Positions 30,820 through 40,624 are shown, counted from the stretch's first letter. The stretch is 64,000 nt of DNA from an uncultured Nitrospiraceae bacterium (GCA_963811165.1 CAWEQH010000010.1:864001-928000), one strand, 5' to 3'. Numbers and translations are program-made. Notes: generated by a model from the sequence alone, not told the origin.

Positions 30820-31989
30820 TTATTTCCCTTTCTTCTCCTCTGGTTTCTCGCGTTTTTCCATCTCCGGCAGCGACTTGAGTTCTTCTTTGAGCAGCTTCAT
30901 CGCCTCTTCATCTGAGGGATATTTTTTTCCCTTCTCTTTCCCGAACCCGAAGACCTGCACCATCCGGTCCCCAAACTGATTGACGACGAACACGAGGTAT
31001 TCGACCTCGAAATTCGGGTCCGCATACTGCTGAAAATACTTCACGTTCTTGTAATCAACCGCTACCTTGGCAGGCAGATAGAACTCGCCGGGTAATCTTC
31101 CGGCCTTTCCGAAATGGCCGAACCAAAACAGCAGTTGTCCCTCGCCGGTAAAGAGCTGGACATTGTCAAACGCGGCGTCTACCACATAGAGACGGTTCTC
31201 CCTGTCCGTCGCCAGACCCTTCGGCCGGGCGAAGTGGCCCGGGCTTTGCCCGGCTTGCCCATACGCGCCTCTATTATGGCCGTCCCTGTCGAACTTGACG
31301 ACCTGAAATCTCTCATCATCGGACACATAAAGCATTCCGTCTTTATCGAAGGTAATATCGGTAGGCAGCCCGAGACTTTCGGAAGGGTTCTCTTTGTCCT
31401 TGCCGATCCGTTTGAGCTCCCTACCCGTTTTTTTGTCGAGCACCCAGATTACACCGTTCTTTATGTCGGACACATAGAGCTTGTCTTCAAAAGGCACGGC
31501 ATCCACCGGTCTCCAAGTTCCAGGCTTGCCGAATGCCTTGACAAAGCGGTCATCGCGATCAAAAACAGCCACCTGCAGTCTTACCGTGTCCGTAACATAC
31601 TTATTGCCTTCTTCATCGATTTCGATATTTATGGGTTGCAGGAGTCTTCCAGGACCTGTAGCCCCCTCCATAGGAGAATACGTCTTCTTGTCCAGATCAA
31701 AGACAAAAACAGTGCTGTTTGAGTCGCACACATAGATTTTCCCATACCAGAGGGCCACACCATAAGGCTTATCCAGTCTCTTGCCGCTCTCCTTCTCTCC
31801 CGTAAGATAGGCTTCGAATCCGCTCTTTTCGCCCTCTATGTCCTTTTCTCCGGTAAAGTTGGCAAGCCACTGCAGACGCGGAAGCTCCGGGGGAGGTGGA
31901 TAGAACAGTTTGACTTGTACCTTCTCGGGTGCAGCGCATCCGCTTAAAATAATTACGCATACCGCCATCGTGAATAATTCTCGTCTCAT
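30820..31989 (-). CDS. NHL-repeat beta-propeller lipoprotein
   Basis: LSGC lipobox (start MRRELF 31989); FARPKGLATDRENRLYVVDAAFDNVQLF. Confidence 0.9.
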   Translation of the reverse strand: MRRELFTMAVCVIILSGCAAPEKVQVKLFYPPPPELPRLQWLANFTGEKDIEGEKSGFEAYLTGEKESGKRLDKPYGVALWYGKIYVCDSNSTVFVFDLDKKTYSPMEGATGPGRLLQPINIEIDEEGNKYVTDTVRLQVAVFDRDDRFVKAFGKPGTWRPVDAVPFEDKLYVSDIKNGVIWVLDKKTGRELKRIGKDKENPSESLGLPTDITFDKDGMLYVSDDERFQVVKFDRDGHNRGAYGQAGQSPGHFARPKGLATDRENRLYVVDAAFDNVQLFTGEGQLLFWFGHFGKAGRLPGEFYLPAKVAVDYKNVKYFQQYADPNFEVEYLVFVVNQFGDRMVQVFGFGKEKGKKYPSDEEAMKLLKEELKSLPEMEKREKPEEKKGK

Positions 31990-32221
31990 CTGTGTTCTCC
32001 CTGTTTCATCTGTGATGTAGAATGGTCTTTGAAAGTCCTGCATGTAAGAAATAAATGCGTTCGACACCAGACCGGATGTTCGTGTAGCAATCTCTATACA
32101 TATTGCCAGTGCTTATCTTACTATCTTTTTGATTGGAAGTAAATTTTTCGCCGGTCATCTTTTTATCTTCCCAACTCCTTGACTCCGTCATTTCATTATA
32201 TTTGGAGGTCAAACGATAATT

Positions 32222-32238
32222 AGCAAATAGCGTGCTAA
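32222..32238 (-). promoter_or_regulatory. Sigma54-like promoter with a non-canonical -24 element (TAGCAC)
   Basis: TTAGCACGCTATTTGCT; identical at 45029-45045 and 50096-50112. Confidence 0.55.
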
Positions 32239-32303
32239 GTTTCGCATCTGCGCAATTATGAGTGAGACTACTCCGGACCGCAGTGCGCATAAACTCAGAT
32301 TTT

Positions 32304-32371
32304 GTCACGCCGGGCTTGATCTGGAATCCGGGACCCTTGAAATCACCGTATTCCCGCCTTCGCAGGGATGA
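32304..32371. repeat. REP-like palindromic element within the duplicated promoter cassette (also ~45115-45188, ~49953-50026, degenerate ~21800-21860)
   Basis: GTCA.GCCGGGCTTGA...TTGAAATCAC..ATTCCCGCCTTCGCAGGGATGA resembles GTCATTCCCGCG-type REP sequences. Confidence 0.55.
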
Positions 32372-32483
32372 AGAAGTATTTCACGTAATACACAGATCCC
32401 TACTATATTAATTCAGTTAATCATCGACCTTCCAAAAAATTATTTGTCAGGCCGGACCTAATACATTGCTTTTCGATCAGCTG

Positions 32484-32519
32484 GGGTTATTTCACCCCAA
32501 AAAGGGTCATTTTAGTCAC
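32484..32519. promoter_or_regulatory. Enhancer-like double-box motif, copy 2
   Basis: GGGTTATTTCACCC-CAAAAA-GGGTCATTTTAGTCAC. Confidence 0.75.
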
Positions 32520-32586
32520 GCGGTTGATAGATGATCAATCCTGGCTTAGCTCATTTTGCCTGGACTTGAATTCGTTGGCAACCAAT

Positions 32587-32619
32587 AAGAGGGGGGAATG
32601 GTTCCCATTCCCCCCTCTT
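32587..32619 (-). terminator. Strong intrinsic terminator after the OmcE-like gene
   Basis: 15-bp stem AAGAGGGGGGAATGG/CCATTCCCCCCTCTT. Confidence 0.8.
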
Positions 32620-32636
32620 TCATTGCCTCGAGCAGA

Positions 32637-33446
32637 CTATAAGGTCGAGCACTTCTTGTGGCAGGTGCAGCAAAGATTACTCGATGTGTTTGAAACCCAG
32701 AGGAAGTAATCGCCGTCGTTCTTTGTGTTGTGAACGTCGTGGCAGGAACCGCACTCAACATTGCCGCCGTAAAGCGCGTCGTTGATCGTCATGCCGTGAG
32801 TGGACCCGATGAATGCAGTACCCGTCGGCTGGATCTCGTCATCGCCTCCAACTATCACTGCCTGATAACCGATTCCAACTGGATGATGGTTGCTCAAGTC
32901 GCCCCCCGCGCCGATCAAGATTCTACCGGTGGCTTTAAGATCACTTGCATTACCCCTAAGGTTGGAGTCGACAGACCCGTAAGCGCCGATCGCGATCGTG
33001 CCGTCATGGCAGCTCAGGCATAGCTTCGAAACTCCGCCCGGCTGTCCAATGACTTGGCCGTTTACTCCGGAATTCAGCTGATGCGCAATGCTGTCGGGGA
33101 TGTAGGGTTGACCGGGGTCGGTATTCTGATAGCCGGTAAAATTCGCCGTTGTTACCGCATGGTTCCAAAGAGGGTAGTAAGTCAGGCCTGCTGCTGCCGC
33201 GTCAGCCGGCTTTATCGTATGGTGCGGAGCGTGGCAGAATATGCAGATTTCATTGTATTGGTTGGGAGTGGCAGGCACCCAAAGGCCTTTTGTTCCCGGA
33301 CCTGTTGAACTGAGGTCGTGGGAAGTACCTTTAATGCCTGATCCAGGACCATTTGGGCCCATCGTCGCAGAGACGAGGGTAAATCCTAATAGAAGTATCC
33401 CCATCGCTATGAAAAGCGCTAAAACATGTTTTCTCATTTTCTTCAT
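32637..33446 (-). CDS. omcE: OmcE-like tetraheme cytochrome c, candidate nanowire subunit
   Basis: IKGTSHDLS..EICIFCHAPH..PLWNH..LCLSCHDG..DLSNHHPV..VECGSCHDVHN..FL..S.LCCTCHKK matches the Geobacter OmcE motif order. Confidence 0.8.
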   Translation of the reverse strand: MKKMRKHVLALFIAMGILLLGFTLVSATMGPNGPGSGIKGTSHDLSSTGPGTKGLWVPATPNQYNEICIFCHAPHHTIKPADAAAAGLTYYPLWNHAVTTANFTGYQNTDPGQPYIPDSIAHQLNSGVNGQVIGQPGGVSKLCLSCHDGTIAIGAYGSVDSNLRGNASDLKATGRILIGAGGDLSNHHPVGIGYQAVIVGGDDEIQPTGTAFIGSTHGMTINDALYGGNVECGSCHDVHNTKNDGDYFLWVSNTSSNLCCTCHKKCSTL

Positions 33447-33554
33447 TTCTCCTTATCCTTTTTTTGTCTGTTAAAAATAACCCTTTTTCGCCTATCTCTA
33501 TACCCCCGTATCTTTGATAGGCCATTTCTACTGATGGCAGACAATATTTTAGAG

Positions 33555-33570
33555 AGCAACTATTATGCCA
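33555..33570 (-). promoter_or_regulatory. Sigma54 -24/-12 promoter of the omcE-like gene
   Basis: TGGCATAATAGTTGCT (GG-N10-GC) immediately past the upstream terminator. Confidence 0.75.
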
Positions 33571-33575
33571 TCTCT

Positions 33576-33603
33576 AAAGGCAGGCGGTTGCCCGCCTGCC
33601 TTT
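33576..33603 (-). terminator. Intrinsic terminator of the giant cytochrome gene
   Basis: AAAGGCAGGCGG-TTGC-CCGCCTGCCTTT. Confidence 0.8.
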
Positions 33604-33616
33604 CTGAGAAGCAGAA

Positions 33617-36600
33617 TTACGGGAACGATACAGGTGTGTTCACACTTGATACCGCAACAGACTTAGTCGAATTCAGGACACCGTATTTGTACGCCTGAAC
33701 TGAATAAGTGCCGGCCGACAGGGTTGTCGCCGTCGTGTAAGCGCCACCTGCATTCGTGGTCCCCTGCGCAACAATCGTCCCGGACGAATTCTTCACGGTA
33801 ATTGTCGCGCCGCTGACAACCGGACTCGTGGTTACAGCGATGCTGTACTTCGTTGTAGCCGTTACCGAAGCCGCAAAGGCGGCTACAGTTGCACTCGGGC
33901 CTACCGATACGCTGCCTGATGCCGGTGTAAGGGTCACACCCGTCTTGAACGGAACAACGGTATAGGTACCGGGCTTCACATTCGTGAAGGTATAAGTCCC
34001 TGCACCAGAAACTGGAGTGTAGGTATTTGCGACAACGGTCGTCCCGCTCTTCAGACTGACAAGCATATTATTGACATTCGGGGAAGCCCCGGTCACTGTG
34101 CCTGTGATCGTGAAGGCAGTGAGCGCACCGCTCGATGCAGTAGCGCTGTTGCTTAGCCCACCCGCATCGGTTGCTCTCAACGTGATGGGGTAAGTGCCTG
34201 CCGCCGTATAGGTGTGCGAGAAAGCTGCCCCCGCATTGCCCGTCGAGGAATAACCGTCACCCCAGGTTACCCTGACAGCATTCGTCGGGAAGGCGGCGTC
34301 GTCTGTGGAAGCATCGGTAAACGACACTGTCCAGGTATTGGCATCCGTGGTCACGGTGCCGATTACAGCAACTGGAGGCTGGTTCACAGATACCGGCGCA
34401 ACCATATGGGACACGCTGGCCGAAAGGCCGGAATCTGCGTTAAGGGTAAGGGTTACGGTTCTCGGCGTGGCATCGCTATAAGTGCGAGAAGTAGTTATGC
34501 CCGTACCCGTCGTCGAATCACCGAAATCCCAACTATATGTGCAAGCTGCGCCGCTTGGACATGTAGACGTACCGGCATTGAAGTTGACTTTGTAGGCTAT
34601 CGTGGAATCGTCTGTCCAAGTGAAATTCGCTGCAGCAGCAACACCTGCAGTAGCAGGGTCCATTAGATGCGCCAGCTGGGTTGATGTGAAACCGAGCAGA
34701 TCGTTTGCGCTGATGTATGTCTTAACGTTGACACACTTGTCGGCAGATGTACCATCCTGTCCAACGCAATACCCTGTTCCTGTCATCCCGCACGGAACAT
34801 CAGGCCCCATAAACCCATAATTTGTAAGACATCTTGCTGCCTGGTCCCATCCTGCCGCATGAGCTGGGTTGTCAGGATTCTTCTCTGCAAAGATAGGCCA
34901 TGTTAAATCCAGCGGACCATTGCTCTGCAGCACGACCTTATTGTGTGTACGCGATTGTGCCCTTGTGTACATAAGGGAACCCAAACTGCCGAACGGATCT
35001 CGGCCAAACTGGAACAATGCCTCGCTGTCAGGAAGGCTACCCTGGCAATCGGCATTTACCGCGCAAGCCTGACCTGCCCTGAAACCGCCATTGTTACCTG
35101 CGCCAGTGGAAGCGCACGTATGGGGCCAAGGTGACCCCGGCAGTGGTGCACCTGTACACTGACCGGCAAACATCTGGCCAACCGGCATGTCAAAACCAAT
35201 CATACCGGCCGTCGGCGCAACAAATGTAGGACTCGGCATACAGTTGTTGACGTTCACAGGGAAACCTAAAGCATCAGCCTGACTCTTCATGCCGGCCATA
35301 GGATTACAGCCGTGTGAGGTGCCATCCTGCGTCTCCCTCAGGAAAAGGCCCTGAAGCCCTGCTATCCCGTCGTTAAAGCCCATCATGCCGGCGGTGCTGG
35401 CAGCATGGGTTGCATCGATGCCTGTATGCGGCATGCCCATCATCGCGTCAAAGCCCGCGTTCATTAATGCGGTGCATTGACCGATGGTGGTGATTCCCAT
35501 GCCAGACAACAGACTATTTGGTGAACATGCTGCATTAGGATCATTCAGATTGCCTGTCATCTGATTGAAATAATAACTGTCCGGTGTCAACGGGAACATG
35601 GAATCTAACATCCCTGCGGGGTTCGTCATCCCATGAAGCATCGACCCAAGCATATCCAGACCTGCTACGCCGTAAACGTTCTGTGTCGAACAACCTGAGC
35701 CGCCGCATGTGTTGGCTCCGCAGAACTCTTTGGCGCAGTCGAAGTCTGCGAACAGCGCCACAGGGTTCTTAATGAGATCGAATTTTCCGACAAAGAAAGC
35801 GCCGATCATCGGGACCATGTTGTCGATCTGATTGACATCACCGGCTGCGAATTGAGGAGTGGCCCTCTCCGTGTACGGCTGAAGGCCCTCGAAGAAGCCG
35901 ACAGAATACGGCGAATAGTTGGGATTTGGACCATTGGGCATTCCATGGGCGTCAAACGTGTAAGGCTGCGCGCTCGAGTGGCAGTTTAAGCAGCCGCCTC
36001 TTTCAGTCGCGCCCAGAGCCCACTCTTTCGGAGCTACGCCGTGGGTCTCATCAAAGGAGGCATGGAATATCTTTTCGAGCTTCAGTTGTTTACTGGAGTC
36101 GCTAGAGAACATCGTGGCACTCTTGGCCCTCATAGCGTTCCTCTTTGCTATGGTGTCCATTGCGAGATTGTCCGTAAGGACCCAGTTGTCAAACACAGGC
36201 GCCATAGAGCCGCCGTTGATACGGACGCCTTGCAATGATCCGTCCGCTATCGCTGCCGCCGCTACGTCGATAATGTCCCTCGCCATCGAAGGAGTTACAT
36301 TGGCCGCATTGCCAGGCCGGCAAGCGCCCGGGATGCCCGTTGCGCCCATGTTCATGTCCGGGTAGGTCGCATAGCCGGGACAGTCGGCGTCAGAGTTACA
36401 TGTCCACAAGACCTTGACGCCACTCTGACATGTCTTGATAGCGTTTGGTTCATTGTCGAGGTTAAAAATGGTTGTGTTATCGTTGTTGGCCGGGTCCTCA
36501 TTGGCTGCATCCACCCCGGTGTCATTGCCAGGAGAGTTCAGAACCAGCGGGTCACTCGTTGTGAGTCTCGACGTGGCCGAAGTGCCGAAGGTGCCGGGGG

Positions 36601-38704
36601 TCCAATTGTTGATCACGCTTATCCAGTTAGGAACTTCAATAGGCGTGACCGGGTAGATCTTCGTTTCGCCATACTTGTGGGCCCATTGATGGAGCTGCTT
36701 GGTAGAATCGCCGGAAGCGGTGACAAAGTCGTAACTGAAGTCGTATACGTTTCTGTTGCCGCCGGCCGCCTCTGTGCCTCGTTTAAATTTGCCCGCCGTG
36801 AAATCTCTGTACTTCAGTTTGAAAGGTTGAATATAGATTTCCGGTATATGGCAGGTCGTACATCCGATCTTGGCAAGATGTAACGCAGGGAAGCTGCTGT
36901 GTGTCGGGGTCGGAGGGAAAGGACTCACCGACTTAGGCGTGCCATCTGCATTAAAATATCTCGGATGGGTATTGTCGACGTGGCAGCTTTCGCACGAGAC
37001 AGTGCCGTCAATGTGGTTAGTGCCATAGGCGTCCTTGAGCGAGTCGCCCTGCGCGAAATTGTGGTCGATGCCCTGAATCACCTCCTGGGGATAGGCCACG
37101 CCGTGATCGGTCGCTGCGGGAATGGTCACCGCGCCGCCCTCAAGGATAGACGAGCCTAATCCATAATGGCAGGTTGCGCACTGCATGCCTGCCGCGTCAT
37201 GGACATCCTGATCAGGCATTTTCGCTTTGGTCACCAGGGGACCAAGTTGCGTTGTGTAAGTGTGATCTGTAATAGGCGTACCCGGCATAATGCCGAGACC
37301 GAACATTGCACTGAACATGCTCATACCCCATTTATCATTCGGGCCTGCGCCGGTCTTATCGCCTCTTTTGCCCATACCGGTCTTGCAGCCCAGTTCCATC
37401 CACCGCACAGGGTTCGAATTGTCGGCGGATAGGCTTCCCGGGTCGACGTCTAAAACAGTGCTTTTAGGGTTGATGATGAGGTAGATACCATACCCGTATC
37501 TCACCGGATTCAGCATGCCCGGGAGACCCGGTGTGTTGTCGTCACGTCCGTGACACACCGTACAGTTCTGGCTGTTCGGCGTGCCCTGGATCATGCCGGC
37601 CGAGATTGTTGACGGAACGCCGCTTATGCCGGTAATGTGCAGATGTCCGTCGGGAGCCATGGAAAGACTTGCTTTGGCTCCTATACCCAGCGAAGCGGCC
37701 AGGTTGAACTGTTGGTCCTGTATCGCCAGTGTTCTGTTGAACGAGTCGTATTTTGTGCCTGGCAGATACATGCCGGCGCCGTTTCTGCCCATCATATTGG
37801 GATCGGTCAGCGCAGGATCGGTACCATTAGGAGCCAACTGATATGCGCAGTAAGGATCGTTGATTGGTCCGAGCTGTACACCTGAACCTAACACGCTACG
37901 GCCTGCGCAGTCGATGGAATTAAGGAACGCACGACCGTTGCCCGATATGTTCGAACTATCATGCAGGTGGCAGAGGAGACAATCGACTTCTGCCTTGTTG
38001 GTACCGCTCATGTGGGTTGCGGTGATCCCGCCAATGGGATCATCGAGCGTCGGAGGTTTGAAATAATAGAAGTCGCCGCTTCCCTCCCCGGCCGAGCCAT
38101 AATCATTCCTGTCCCTGTCATATTCCAGCTGACCGCCACCGGCGTGACAGTGACCGCAGCTGAATGCCCAGTCCTGCATGCCGGTTTCCATCGATTTTGC
38201 TAATTGTGCTGGTGTATCAGAAGGTGAGCCCTTTGCCGCCAACTGGCGGTTTGAGGGTGGTCAATACTTGCCGTACATGCCCGCGGTGCTGGTGAAGAAC
38301 AGATCACCGAATTGGGCCCTGTACGCGTTGGTATAGGTTTCGTTACGTCCCTGATTCATGTGTTTTCCAACGGAAACACCATGCGCAAAGGACTTGGTCT
38401 GCGACGCTTCCCAGGTAACAGAAGAATCACTGCTTGCAAGCACACCCTGAACGTGCGTCGAATATTTATCTCCCGAGCCGTAGTCGTGGCCTGCAAAATC
38501 GATGATGTCACCTGATGAAATGTGGCATGCGCGGGCGCAGGTCGCCTTCGGGCTGTACGGCGTTGCGCTAGTCACCGGACTGCCGTTGGCCTGCAACAGC
38601 GGTACATCTCCGCCGGAATGGGCGGCCATTGCCACCGCGGAACCGGCGAAGAACAATATAGCAGAGAAAACTGCTATATATACTTGTAAACTAATTTTTT
38701 TCAT
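33617..38704 (-). CDS. Giant (~1695 aa) secreted selenocysteine-containing octaheme cytochrome c (OTR-like core, Cys/Met-rich insertions, PKD and beta-sandwich tail); predicted Sec148 at TGA 38261-38263
   Basis: ORFs 38261-38740 and 33617-38242 are in frame across one TGA (GMYGKY-U-PPSNRQLAAK) with a SECIS hairpin directly downstream. The signal peptide is only in the first ORF. Hemes: CARACH, CGHCH, CLLCH, CTVCH, CATCH, CESCH, CTTCH, CLNCH. Confidence 0.82.
38229..38257 (-). promoter_or_regulatory. Bacterial SECIS element
   Basis: UGA-CCA-CCCU-CAAA-CCGCC-AGUU-GGCGG-CAA-AGGG. Upper stem starts 11 nt after UGA, apical loop 16 nt after UGA with G at position 2 followed by U; lower stem CCCU/AGGG. 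Confidence 0.8.
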
Positions 38705-38937
38705 AAACTTCTCCTCTGTTTTAGATTCTTGTCGATGCAAGTAAAGGATGAAGGGGGGACTTTTGCGAGATTGTGAGTGGGGCTGTCAGGCGCATCCTCT
38801 AACAGAGAATCGCCGCCAGCATCTGCGGTAACATCGGTCACGGCATGGTAAGAGGCTGCCGTGGTTTCCCGAAGGCCCGCCACAAACACAAATGAGGACA
38901 AGACCATATTACCGAACTCTAATCTTAGGTTCTCCAC
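38701..38937 (-). CDS. 78-aa upstream ORF coupled (ATGA overlap) to the giant cytochrome; possibly a decayed copy of its N-terminus
   Basis: AGGAGG RBS before GTG 38937; weak similarity to the signal peptide and H..DV..A.G..P.SP start of the downstream protein. Confidence 0.35.
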   Translation of the reverse strand: MENLRLEFGNMVLSSFVFVAGLRETTAASYHAVTDVTADAGGDSLLEDAPDSPTHNLAKVPPSSFTCIDKNLKQRRSL

Positions 38938-39192
38938 AAATCCCTCCTAAAGGAATTGCTTCATTCTCACCGGAATCAGGCTTCTGGTCCCGACAATTCC
39001 GCCTTGTGAAACTTAAGTCAACAATATATTCAAGTTACGTCGGCTACCTCCTTGGTCCCATTTTTCACAAACATCTTTACGAATAGGTCCTCGTAAGATT
39101 TCTGACCTCGAAATAAAAAATCTGATTTTTCTCCTTCTCACCTCCTCCTTGAGTCTGCCATTAAATTTTGGGGGTACAATATCTTTATCCAT

Positions 39193-39209
39193 TACAATAG
39201 CCATGCCAA
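39193..39209 (-). promoter_or_regulatory. Sigma54-like promoter of the giant cytochrome (GG-N10-GT variant)
   Basis: TTGGCATGGCTATTGTA, ~125 bp from enhancer motif copy 3. Confidence 0.55.
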
Positions 39210-39331
39210 GTTGCATATCTTCGAATTTATGAAGTCCGGATGTTGATTAAGTATTTGATCCTGTTAACAATTCACTTTCATGAAATTATTTCTGAGGCCC
39301 GCATGCCGAATTGCCCCCCTCCGGACAACGA

Positions 39332-39368
39332 GGGTCATTTCACCCCAAAAAAGGGTTATTTTAGTCAC
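39332..39368. promoter_or_regulatory. Enhancer-like double-box motif, copy 3
   Basis: GGGTCATTTCACCC-CAAAAAA-GGGTTATTTTAGTCAC. Confidence 0.75.
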
Positions 39369-39375
39369 ACGGTTG

Positions 39376-39635
39376 GGTCCTATCGAAAAAAAGAGTTTTA
39401 CTAAAAAACTACGTTTTCGTGTTACAGCCAACAAAAGACGAGGAGGATTTGATGACCGGGCGAAACCCTTTCACGTGGCCTATTTTGAAGCGCAGATTCT
39501 GGTTTTATGTACGCCGGTATTTGAAATTTCTTTATGCTACCGGACCGTTAAGGAAAAGGTGATAGAGAGGGCTTTTGATAGATCATGCCATAATCTACCG
39601 GTGGGTACAGCATTATGCTCCTGAGATCAAAAAGA
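39376..39635 (+). mobile_element. IS6-family remnant (left end plus decayed transposase 5' part)
   Basis: Frameshifted MTGRNPF...YR...ER..IDHAIIYRWVQHYAPEIKK matches the IS6 Tnp N-terminus (DHSTIYRWVQ.YAPE); GGTCCTATCG IR-like end. Confidence 0.75.
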
Positions 39636-39730
39636 TAAACGGAGGTTCATTTCAAACGACGGTGGGATCGCGGCCGCCTACTGCTAACCTCATTTCAAAA
39701 AGCTCAAACAGTGCGGATTTTAGTCTCCTT

Positions 39731-40303
39731 TCATTCTTTCCACCGAAGTTCGTATGCAATCTCCCATGTGCCTGCCGATACCATGGACTTGCTTTTTGCC
39801 TGCATCGTCAAATCCCTGCCGCCGGCCATTTCAACGGCTTTTTTTGAGTATCCGAGACATGCGGGGGGCAGCCAGTCCAGAAATATTTCCGGCAGGGTGA
39901 ACTTCACTACCGCATGCCCTTTTTCGCTCAACGGCACTTCTACCTTCCCGGAATTAAAAAACTTGTCCCAAAGTATGGGGTAGTTCTTTATCACGAAGGA
40001 AGGGTTCGCAAAAGTAAAGAAGATCTTATATATTTTGTTCAGGCTTTGGTCGGCGATATACTCGTAAATGCAGGCGATCTCGGAGTCCTTAGCAGACTCT
40101 AGCTCCCTGGTGAGTACCGATATCATCTCCTTAAACGCGGTAAAAGGATATTCATGGTTAACGAGAATCCCGGCTTCCCAGCTTTCCTGAGATTCCTTTG
40201 ACAGCGATTCCATGATCCGTGCCCATACATCCCCTCCGTATTTAGCTTCTATGAAGCGTTTAGAATAGAGAAAGTTGACTCCTTTGGCTAACACCTGTTT
40301 CAT
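39731..40303 (-). CDS. ~190-aa cytoplasmic protein, H-NOX/V4R-like (DUF2378-like), paralog 1 of 4
   Basis: KGVNF..FI..KYG..W...YP...IYKIFF..ANPSFVIKNYP.LW.KFF.SG...GYSKKAVEMAGG...YELRW. Confidence 0.75.
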   Translation of the reverse strand: MKQVLAKGVNFLYSKRFIEAKYGGDVWARIMESLSKESQESWEAGILVNHEYPFTAFKEMISVLTRELESAKDSEIACIYEYIADQSLNKIYKIFFTFANPSFVIKNYPILWDKFFNSGKVEVPLSEKGHAVVKFTLPEIFLDWLPPACLGYSKKAVEMAGGRDLTMQAKSKSMVSAGTWEIAYELRWKE

Positions 40304-40624
40304 ATCCTGCCCTCCTTTAGAAATTGTCCGTTCCTCATCCTCACGCTGTCGCCGCCTATGTTCGTTAGTTGAACTGGATGGCAGATTTCAGTATTCTTCA
40401 TGCGGCGTATTTGGCCCAATATTTTTCCTGTGGAATAAGATGCCAACATTTTTGTAAAGAATAATATACCCAACCGCAAGGCTTGTCAATAACTGCAGAT
40501 TTTATATGGAAGCAAGGCAAAAAGGCCGAACGAGACAAATTCAGACAGCTACTTTCGTTAGAAGCGCCATCATACTTTCTTATATACTGCGTTCTCAGCG
40601 GAATACCTCATCATTATTCTCCTT

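Noticed and set aside
38740..39190. GEMM/cyclic-dinucleotide riboswitch upstream of cytochrome genes
   Set aside because: No GEMM-I consensus found by eye here or upstream of the omcE-like gene; an Rfam scan would be needed to exclude it
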